A DNA stretch of 64,000 nt from Novosphingobium sp. (GTDB lineage Bacteria; Pseudomonadota; Alphaproteobacteria; Sphingomonadales; Sphingomonadaceae), in the NCBI RefSeq assembly GCF_020852455.1, contig NZ_JADZAT010000001.1, positions 78,476 through 142,475 of the forward strand, in the 5' to 3' direction. Within the stretch, counting starts at the first letter, position 1, and the number at the start of each line of letters is the position of its first letter. Of this stretch, positions 56,977 to 64,000 are shown in pieces. Below the pieces are notes generated by a model. The model was not told where the DNA came from and ran no database searches. It was given only the letters and a program-made list of their open reading frames with translations. A program made the position numbers and the translations under genes.

Positions 56977-57010
56977 GTTTTGCAAGCGGCACTTCAACGC
57001 GATGTGGATA

Positions 57011-58588
57011 TCACTCGAGAACGACGGAAAAGCTGAACTTCGCCGTGCCATTGGCAGGGACGCTCAGGCGCCAGATGCGGCGGCCGTTCTGCTCGGTCAG
57101 CGGCAAGCTGGTGGTACGGATGAGGTTTGGCGGGCCGCTCGGCCAGGCTTCGAACACTGCGGTCTTGCTGCCAGCGTTGCGGACTTCGATCTCGTAGCTG
57201 CGGATGACTTCCTTGCCATCTTCGCGCTCGTTTATCAGGCGTTGCCGCCAAGAGAGGTCCGTGTTTTCAGGCCCTTGCAGGCTGATTTCCTCATTGATTG
57301 CATGATCGCGGCCGCCGGCCTCATCGATCACCATCGTCAGGCCGAACTGGTCCTGCTCAATCAGGTATTGCCCCCCGGGGATCGGCAGGCCCAGGCCGTG
57401 CGCCTTGTCGTTGCGAATGCGCAGGTACAGAACCGGATTGCTCCAGCCGCTGTCATCCTCGTAGGTGGAGAGGTCTGCTTTGGCAGTAAAGACCCGATCA
57501 TATTTCACGCCGGTCAGGTCAATCAACCGCACCTGCTTCATCTGCTGGGCCGCGACCGTGCTGGGGATCGGCACCCGATAGAGTTTGAGATCGCCGAGCT
57601 GTTCAAGCTCGGCGGAGTTGATGGCGGTAATGGGTGACGGCGAAGTCAGATTGTACTGACGAATCCGTTCGGCGGTTACCACAATATCGCCATTGGCCCG
57701 GGCATAGCCGGTGAAGCGGTATGGCCTGACCAGCTGGTAGGGACGGTCGGGTTTCAGCGGGATGTCGCTGGTGGTCTGCATGGCCCAGCAGTTGGCGACA
57801 ACCTTGTCATCCTTGCCGGCCAAACGCTCGTATTCCTCGCGATTGAGTTGGCCGGCGACGACGTGAACCTGGGCGTTCTCCAATGACGAGGCATTGCCGT
57901 TGGCCAGCGTGATCCAGCCACCAAAATCGATCGTTTCGCCATCCTCGTTGACGTGCAACGTATAGTTTGCGCCCCAGTCGAACCGTTCGGCGACATAGGT
58001 CAGCGTGACGGTGGTCTCGATCGGACGCGATGAGCGGGTGAGCACCGAAAGCGTTGGCTTGGACGGTACGCCCGAAAGGCTGGCATCGTAACGAAACGTC
58101 TCGGCGAAGCCCGAGCAGCGCAGCGTTTCGAAACTTTGGCCGGTCTTGAAGACAACGCCTTCCGGGCTGGCCGAAACGATCTCGGCAGCGGTCCGCCTTG
58201 GCTTGCCGGTGGCTGGATCGGTGCGGGACAGGGTCAGTTTGCGGCCACGGGCTGCGCGCAGCAGCGCCGAGGGGGAGAGCAGGTCGGCATCCTGGTTCTT
58301 TTCGATCACTCCGCCGGGCAGACCGGTGATGATTGCGCTTTCGGGGATGATTCCGTCGATCACCCCTTCGAAGCGCAGCCGATGCTTGCCCGCTGGAATG
58401 GTAACCCGGCGCGTTTCGGTGATTACGGCGAAACCGCCGAGGCTTTGCAGTTCGATCGAACCTGAATCGCGATCGGGATCACGATAGATCGTGACGTCCA
58501 GTTTGACCGGATCGCTGGCCTTGAACTCGTCGGCAAAGGTCGGCGTGGCGAGCGCTGCGATTATCAGGAAGGCCAGGCACCGCCGCAT
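57011..58588 (-). CDS. DUF4139 domain exported protein (paralog 3)
   Basis: Signal peptide, VTIYRD, ETRRVTIPAG, DWGANY, GWITLAN, EQLGDLKLY. Confidence 0.85.
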   Translation of the reverse strand: MRRCLAFLIIAALATPTFADEFKASDPVKLDVTIYRDPDRDSGSIELQSLGGFAVITETRRVTIPAGKHRLRFEGVIDGIIPESAIITGLPGGVIEKNQDADLLSPSALLRAARGRKLTLSRTDPATGKPRRTAAEIVSASPEGVVFKTGQSFETLRCSGFAETFRYDASLSGVPSKPTLSVLTRSSRPIETTVTLTYVAERFDWGANYTLHVNEDGETIDFGGWITLANGNASSLENAQVHVVAGQLNREEYERLAGKDDKVVANCWAMQTTSDIPLKPDRPYQLVRPYRFTGYARANGDIVVTAERIRQYNLTSPSPITAINSAELEQLGDLKLYRVPIPSTVAAQQMKQVRLIDLTGVKYDRVFTAKADLSTYEDDSGWSNPVLYLRIRNDKAHGLGLPIPGGQYLIEQDQFGLTMVIDEAGGRDHAINEEISLQGPENTDLSWRQRLINEREDGKEVIRSYEIEVRNAGSKTAVFEAWPSGPPNLIRTTSLPLTEQNGRRIWRLSVPANGTAKFSFSVVLE

Positions 58589-58594
58589 GTCCGA

Positions 58595-60190
58595 TCAATC
58601 CGACCGGGCCGTGTACTGGATCACCATTTCGCCTTCGCCCGGCAGTTCGAATTCGAACAGCGGGCGACCGTTGCGGGTGCCGGCCGGTATGCTGGGTGCC
58701 ACCAGCTTGCGCCCGTTGAGGTCAAGTCGGAGTTCGAACGGCACCGCCTGTGCGCCCGCATTTTTCACCGTCACCTGGTACAGCGCCGACTTGCCGGAGA
58801 CTGAGATCAGCTTGCTTTCCACCGTGATGTCCGGAGCCTGGCCGAGCAGGAGCTCGATCTTCTCGTCTTCGGCCGTGTCGCTCAGGCTGGGTTCGCCAAC
58901 CAGCATGGCCCGGCCAAACTGTTGCTGCCCGATCAGGAACGAGCCTGCCGGCAGCGGCAGGCCGAGATTATGTGCCTTGTCATTGACAGTCCGGATCAGC
59001 GCTATGGCATTCAGGTTGGCCGTGCCGCCCCACGGCGCCTGATACAGCATCGCGGTGTAGATCCGTTCATAGGGCACGCCCGATTGTTCGACCAGCCGGG
59101 TTTGCTTCATCTGCTGCGCGGCAACCGTGGTGCGCTGCGGCACACGGTAGAGCTTGAGGTCGCCCAGCTGCTCGGGCGGCGGGGGCGGGGCAGGGGGCGG
59201 CGGAGGTGGCGGCGGGGCTGCCATCACCATCATCGCAGGAGGCGGAATTCCAGCGTTGCGTCCGCGAAAACCCTTCTCCTCGGAGACCGCATCGGCGTAG
59301 GTCTCATAGTCCTCGCCCAGCCAGGGCTGGACCAGTTCATAGGGCCGTTCCGGCTTGCGCGGCACATCGTGGGTGCGCTGCTGCGGCCAGCACCTGGCGA
59401 TCGCTTGCGGCTGCTGGTTGACGAATTTCGCAACGTAGGCGCGGTTGAGCCCGCCCGCGACAATCTGGGTGCGGGCGTTGCTCAGGCTGACCGAATTGCC
59501 ATTGGCCAGGGTGATCCAGCCGCCCAGCTCCATGGTCTTGCCATCGGGATTGAGCTGCGCGGTGTAATTGGCGCTCCAGTCAAACCCCTCGGCGATATAG
59601 GTCAGGGTGACCATTGCAGTCACCGCGCGAGCGCTGCTGGTCAGCACCGACAGCGTCGGGCGCGCCGCGAGTCCCTCGGCATTCACGTCATAGCGGAACG
59701 TCTCCGCCAGGCCTGAACAACGCAGCGCTTCGGTTCCGGCGGCGGTCTTGAACATCACCCCCTGGTCGCTGGCCGAAATGATCTCGCCCGAAACCAGCAC
59801 CGGCTTGCCGGTCGCCGGATCGGTGCGCTTGAGCGACAGCACCTTGCCGCGCGCCGCACGCAGCAGTGCGGCGGGGGAGAGCAGGGCCGAATCCTGGTTC
59901 TTCTCGATCACGCCGCCCGGCAGCCCGGCCACGATCGCGCTGGCCGGGATGATCCCGTCCACCACCCCTTCGAAGCGCAGGCGGTGCTTGCCCGCGGGGA
60001 TCGTGACCCGCCGGGTTTCGTTGATTACCGCAAAGCCGCCGAGCGAACCGAGCTGGATCGACCCGCCGTTGCGCCACGGCGCGCGGTAGATCGTCACCGA
60101 TACGTCGATCGGATCGCTGGCCGCAACGTCGCGCGCGGCAGCGGGCAACGCCACGATCAGGGACAGCAGCATGGCGATCAGCCAGCGCAT
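58595..60190 (-). CDS. DUF4139 domain exported protein (paralog 2) with poly-Pro insert
   Basis: Same motifs plus AAPPPPPPPPAPPPPPEQLGDLKLY; start at ATG 60190. Confidence 0.85.
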   Translation of the reverse strand: MRWLIAMLLSLIVALPAAARDVAASDPIDVSVTIYRAPWRNGGSIQLGSLGGFAVINETRRVTIPAGKHRLRFEGVVDGIIPASAIVAGLPGGVIEKNQDSALLSPAALLRAARGKVLSLKRTDPATGKPVLVSGEIISASDQGVMFKTAAGTEALRCSGLAETFRYDVNAEGLAARPTLSVLTSSARAVTAMVTLTYIAEGFDWSANYTAQLNPDGKTMELGGWITLANGNSVSLSNARTQIVAGGLNRAYVAKFVNQQPQAIARCWPQQRTHDVPRKPERPYELVQPWLGEDYETYADAVSEEKGFRGRNAGIPPPAMMVMAAPPPPPPPPAPPPPPEQLGDLKLYRVPQRTTVAAQQMKQTRLVEQSGVPYERIYTAMLYQAPWGGTANLNAIALIRTVNDKAHNLGLPLPAGSFLIGQQQFGRAMLVGEPSLSDTAEDEKIELLLGQAPDITVESKLISVSGKSALYQVTVKNAGAQAVPFELRLDLNGRKLVAPSIPAGTRNGRPLFEFELPGEGEMVIQYTARSD

Positions 60191-60200
60191 GGGTCTGCCC

Positions 60201-61565
60201 TCAGTACTTCGAATCGAACGTGGCCGTGACCACCGTCTTGCCGTTGGCGGGGACGGTAACCGCCCAGACAACGCTATCGGCATCGCGGCGTGTGCTCTTC
60301 TGGCTTTCCTCGGCCACCTTGGTATCGCCCCACAGGCCCGACTGGATCATGTTCACCGTCACCGGTTTGGGCAGGGCATTGGTCAGGGTATAGCGCATCT
60401 GGGTCTTCCAGCGGCGATCGTTGACCTTGGTGCGGGCCTCGACAACCGGTTGGACCTTCACGTCGAAAGCATCGCCGGTGCTGATCGCCAGCTTGGAACC
60501 CATCGGCGTGTGGCCGATCCCGCGTTCGCCGATGAACTGGGCCTGGCCGCGCGAATCCTTGATGTAGAACCGCACAATCCCGGCCGGCAGCTGGTCGCCC
60601 AGTCCGCCGTTGGCCGAATTGGTGAAGCTGTACATCGTCGCGGCGCTGAGCGGGGTTTCGCTCGTCTGCAGCCAGCCAAAGCGGATCTCATAGCCGTGCT
60701 GCGCGGGGGCGCCGTGAACGTCGAGGAAACTGACCTGCTTGGTCTGCAGGTTGGCGATTGTGGTGCGTTCGGCCAGCGGGTAAAGATAATAATCCCCCAG
60801 CCGTTCGCGCGTGCCGCTTTCGGTTCCGGCCTCGACCATGCCGGGATTGCCGCGGCGCCCGCCATAGCCCTGGTTGAGCATCCGCGGGCTACCCGCAACG
60901 AGCACCGCCCGGGCATTGTCATAGGTTGTGCCCGAATTGTTGGTCAGCGTGACCCAGCCCTGGACGTCGATCGTGCTCTTGCCCTCGTCGTACAGCGCGA
61001 CATAGTCTGCCCGCCAGCCGAGGCCCGGGGTAAGATAGCGCAGCGCTGCCTCACGCGTGCCGGCCTTGCCCTGCAGCGTGATTGATAGCGTGGGATCGGC
61101 GCGCATGTTGGGCGGTACCTTGTCAAAGATCACCCGCACCGGCAGGCCATCATCGCGCAGCACCTCGATCCGGTTGCCGATCTGCAGCACCACGCCGCCA
61201 TTGGCCGCCAGCACCACCGCCTGCTCACGCGATTCAGCGCCGGTCGCCGGGTTGGTGCGGACCAGCGTGATCGTCTGGCCGACCGCGTTTTCCATGATCT
61301 TGGCGGGGGACAACAGATCGTAGTCGAAGTTCTGCTCGATGATCGCCATGTCGCTGGCGACCAGGCTGGCGGTTTCGGCGCGGATCTGGGCCGAGACGTT
61401 CTTGAATTCCACCTTCTGCCGGTCACCGGTGAAGGTGATCGGGCGGGTATCCTGAACCAGCGCCTGGTTGTCGGCATAGATCGTGATGTCGATCCCCGGT
61501 TCGGCTGCAGCGGCGGTAGCAAGCGTTACCAGCGAAGCGGCGAGCAGCATCGATTTACGCGGCAT
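60201..61565 (-). CDS. DUF4139 domain exported protein (paralog 1)
   Basis: Signal peptide, ITIY, EQNFDYDLLS, GLGWRADY, GWVTLTNNSG, RLGDYYLY. Confidence 0.87.
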   Translation of the reverse strand: MPRKSMLLAASLVTLATAAAAEPGIDITIYADNQALVQDTRPITFTGDRQKVEFKNVSAQIRAETASLVASDMAIIEQNFDYDLLSPAKIMENAVGQTITLVRTNPATGAESREQAVVLAANGGVVLQIGNRIEVLRDDGLPVRVIFDKVPPNMRADPTLSITLQGKAGTREAALRYLTPGLGWRADYVALYDEGKSTIDVQGWVTLTNNSGTTYDNARAVLVAGSPRMLNQGYGGRRGNPGMVEAGTESGTRERLGDYYLYPLAERTTIANLQTKQVSFLDVHGAPAQHGYEIRFGWLQTSETPLSAATMYSFTNSANGGLGDQLPAGIVRFYIKDSRGQAQFIGERGIGHTPMGSKLAISTGDAFDVKVQPVVEARTKVNDRRWKTQMRYTLTNALPKPVTVNMIQSGLWGDTKVAEESQKSTRRDADSVVWAVTVPANGKTVVTATFDSKY

Positions 61566-61673
61566 GTCTGTGATCCCCTCTTGCGTTACGTGTAACACTG
61601 TAACATCGGTTTCTGTCAGCGCAATGAACGAAAATGCACTAAGGCAGTTTTGCCAACAGATCAGGACAAGTCC

Positions 61674-61967
61674 ATGATAATCATTACCGGATCGATCCAA
61701 GTACGCCCGGAACACCGCGAAGAAGCCCTGGCGCTGGGGATCGAACATTCGCGGCGATCACGCAGCGAACCGGGCTGCCTTGCGCACAATTGCCACATCG
61801 ATGCCGAAGATCCGCTGCGGATCGTCTTTCTCGAAAAGTGGGCGGATATGGCCGCGGTAAAGACGCACTTCGCGGTTCCGGCCTCGGGCGATTTCGTGCG
61901 TCGGCTGAGCGCGATGGGCGATGCTCCGCCGGTGATGCGGCTTTTTGCAGCGGAGGAGGTGAAGTGA
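61674..61967 (+). CDS. Antibiotic biosynthesis monooxygenase (ABM) family protein
   Basis: SRSEPGC, FLEKWAD, HF ferredoxin-like pattern; 97 aa. Confidence 0.88.
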   Translation: MIIITGSIQVRPEHREEALALGIEHSRRSRSEPGCLAHNCHIDAEDPLRIVFLEKWADMAAVKTHFAVPASGDFVRRLSAMGDAPPVMRLFAAEEVK

Positions 61968-62008
61968 TAGATGTTGCGATATGTATGGTCAGGTCATAGA
62001 ATATTGGA

Positions 62009-62299
62009 ATGTCCTACCTCGCGCGAATAGAGCAGCATCGCGATGCCATCGCCGAGCTTGTCAAGAAGCGCGGGGCAGCCAACCCGCGCCTGTTTGGGTC
62101 TGCTCTGCAAGAACGTGAAGGTCCGGATAGTGATATCGACATTCTGGTCGATGCCTTGCCGGGCGCGACACTGTTCGATCTCGGCGCTTTGCAGGTTGAG
62201 CTTGAGGAATTGCTGGGTGTGCCCGTCGACCTGCTCACACCGGGCGACATTTCGCCGGATTTCAGAGGCCGGGTTCTAAGGCAAGCCCAGCCATTATGA
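62009..62299 (+). CDS. mntA: MNT nucleotidyltransferase antitoxin
   Basis: GS-X10-DxD (FGSALQEREGPDSDID), LEELLGVPVDL. Confidence 0.88.
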   Translation: MSYLARIEQHRDAIAELVKKRGAANPRLFGSALQEREGPDSDIDILVDALPGATLFDLGALQVELEELLGVPVDLLTPGDISPDFRGRVLRQAQPL

Positions 62300-62640
62300 G
62301 CGTACCGTCTGCAGAGCAATTGCTGCAACATATGCGCGATGCGATTTCGCAGACCCTGACGTACATCGAAGGGTACGCAAAGGAAGACTTCCTGGAAGAC
62401 AAGCGGACCCAGCAAGCTGTCATTCTGAATCTGATCATCCTGGGCGAAGCTGCCACGAAGTTGATGGATAGCTACCCTGACCAGACCGCCGCCCGACCTG
62501 AAATTGAATGGCGTTCAATGCGCGGCATGCGCAATCGAATCGCGCACGGGTACTACGATATCGATCTGGATGTGGTTTGGGAGACGGTGAGCGTCGCGTT
62601 GCCGGAACTATCGAAGCTTTTAGATAATTCCGGCAATTGA
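62296..62640 (+). CDS. hepT: HEPN/DUF86 ribonuclease toxin
   Basis: LIILGEAA and RX4HXY (RNRIAHGY); ATGA overlap with mntA. Confidence 0.9.
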   Translation: MSVPSAEQLLQHMRDAISQTLTYIEGYAKEDFLEDKRTQQAVILNLIILGEAATKLMDSYPDQTAARPEIEWRSMRGMRNRIAHGYYDIDLDVVWETVSVALPELSKLLDNSGN

Positions 62641-62658
62641 GCGCTTTGCAGGCGTGAA

Positions 62659-62886
62659 CTAGCCCTCCAATGCCTGCCAAATGAGGCTGGCAGCTGTGAT
62701 CACAATCAACGCCCATGTCGCGCGAGTGTAACGCTCAGCCGCAATTGCACCGCGAAGCGTCGCATCCGCAGCTTGTTTTTGAGCTAAGCAGACGCGCCTC
62801 TGCATTTCAAATTTGATGATCTCGTGATTTGGGCTGCCCGGTAACGGGCCGCCTCCAAGGACATCGGCTAGCTGCTCATCAGTCAT
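62659..62886 (-). CDS. Small hypothetical protein with C-terminal TM helix
   Basis: 75-aa ORF, GAGG upstream, coiled segment followed by ATWALIVITAASLIW. Confidence 0.5.
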   Translation of the reverse strand: MTDEQLADVLGGGPLPGSPNHEIIKFEMQRRVCLAQKQAADATLRGAIAAERYTRATWALIVITAASLIWQALEG

Positions 62887-62927
62887 TTGAGGCCCTCGGC
62901 GTAGTCAGTCATGCTAACTTCCCCAAA

Positions 62928-64000
62928 TCAAGCATCAATCAGATCCCGGTCCACATCGCCGGCGCGGTTCTGGATGAACATGAAGCGTTGGGCCGGGTCA
63001 CGGCCCATCAGCTTGTCGACCAGTTCCTTTACCGCCGCGCGGCCTTCGTATTCGGGGGGCAGGGTGATGCGCAGCAATGAGCGGCTTTGCGGGTTCATGG
63101 TGGTTTCGCGCAGCTGCTGCGGGTTCATTTCGCCCAGGCCCTTGAAGCGGCCGACCTCCACCTTCTTGCCCTTGAACAGCGTGGCTTCCAGCTCGGCGCG
63201 GTGCGCGTCGTCGCGGGCATAGGCGCTCTCCTTGCCGGCGGTGAGCCGGTAGAGCGGCGGCTGGGCGAGGTAGAGGTGGCCGCGGCGGACCACTTCGGGC
63301 ATTTCCTGGAAGAAGAAGGTCATCAGCAGGGTGGCGATGTGCGCGCCGTCAACGTCGGCGTCGGTCATGATGATGATCCGGTCGTACCGCAGGTTGTCCG
63401 GGTTGCAGTCCTTGCGGGTACCGCAGCCCAGCGCCAGGCCAAGGTCGGCCACTTCCTGGTTGGCGCGGATCTTGTCAGCCGTGGCACTGGCGACGTTGAG
63501 GATCTTGCCGCGGATCGGCAGAATCGCCTGGGTCTTGCGGTCGCGCGCCTGCTTGGCGCTGCCGCCGGCGCTGTCACCTTCGACGATGAACAGCTCGGTC
63601 TCGCCATCGCCTTCGCCCGAACAGTCGGTCAGCTTGCCGGGCAGGCGCAGCTTGCGGGCGTTGGTGGCGGTCTTGCGCTTGACCTCACGCTCGGCCTTGC
63701 GGCGCAGGCGATCGTCCATCCGCTCCATCACCGCGCCCAGCAGCGCCTTGCCGCGCTCCATGTTGTCGGCCAGGAAATGGTCAAAATGGTCGCGCACGGC
63801 GTTTTCGACCAGGCGGGCGGCTTCGGGGCTGGTCAGGCGGTCCTTGGTCTGGCTCTGGAACTGGGGATCGCGGATGAAGACCGAAAGCATCATCTCGCTG
63901 CCGGTGACCATGTCTTCGGGCGCGATGTCCTTGGCCTTCTTCTGGCCGACCAGTTCCCCGAATGCGCGGATCCCCTTGGTCAGGGCAGCGCGCAGCCCGG
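62928..64000 (-). CDS. parE: DNA topoisomerase IV subunit B (3' part; starts outside the window)
   Basis: LPGKLTDC, VEGDSAGGS, PIRGKILNV, MTDADVDGAHI, RFKGLGEM. Lacks the long proteobacterial GyrB insertion. Confidence 0.93.
   Translation of the reverse strand, partial: GLRAALTKGIRAFGELVGQKKAKDIAPEDMVTGSEMMLSVFIRDPQFQSQTKDRLTSPEAARLVENAVRDHFDHFLADNMERGKALLGAVMERMDDRLRRKAEREVKRKTATNARKLRLPGKLTDCSGEGDGETELFIVEGDSAGGSAKQARDRKTQAILPIRGKILNVASATADKIRANQEVADLGLALGCGTRKDCNPDNLRYDRIIIMTDADVDGAHIATLLMTFFFQEMPEVVRRGHLYLAQPPLYRLTAGKESAYARDDAHRAELEATLFKGKKVEVGRFKGLGEMNPQQLRETTMNPQSRSLLRITLPPEYEGRAAVKELVDKLMGRDPAQRFMFIQNRAGDVDRDLIDA

Noticed and set aside
59160-59225. G/C-rich repeat as a tandem repeat, contingency locus or G-quadruplex element
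   Set aside because: Fully explained by in-frame poly-proline codons of DUF4139 paralogue 2.
62928-64000. gyrB assignment
   Set aside because: The TOPRIM-to-C-terminus distance is short, lacking the proteobacterial GyrB insertion; this fits ParE.

Overview
High-GC alphaproteobacterial chromosome segment. Gene content and order point to a sphingomonad, probably Novosphingobium-like (inference). From left to right it holds: (1) a minus-strand amino-acid oxidation operon (sarcosine oxidase beta, HcnC/OoxB-like and HcnB/OoxA-like flavoproteins, Cys/Met PLP lyase) with a divergent GcvA-type LysR; (2) trxB and several hydrolases; (3) a roughly 19 kb exosortase A (XrtA/PEP-CTERM) exopolysaccharide locus with its ACP/ligase/decarboxylase/GNAT/hydrolase module; (4) a CHASE2-degenerate GGDEF-EAL protein and a ZnuD-like TonB receptor; (5) sdhB-PaaI-zapE, two membrane-anchored LuxR-type regulators, a haloalkane dehalogenase, ubiM, cysK, a PilZ protein, tyrS, a namZ operon, an orphan DUF4189 gene, amj, MoxR/VWA, three tandem DUF4139 genes, an MNT-HEPN toxin-antitoxin pair and the 3' part of parE. 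I saw no rRNA, tRNA, CRISPR array or transposase. The strongest new signal is missing from the ORF track: an 18-codon gene at 29577-29633 (-), MTGFFKEFWDSLRGSSGR. It has an AGGAGG ribosome-binding site, a sigma70-like promoter overlapping a CtrA-like box, and a terminator oriented for its strand. It lies between the EPS operon and the CHASE2-EAL phosphodiesterase gene, suggesting a peptide/c-di-GMP biofilm-control module. All family assignments come from motif recognition by eye; no database searches were run.
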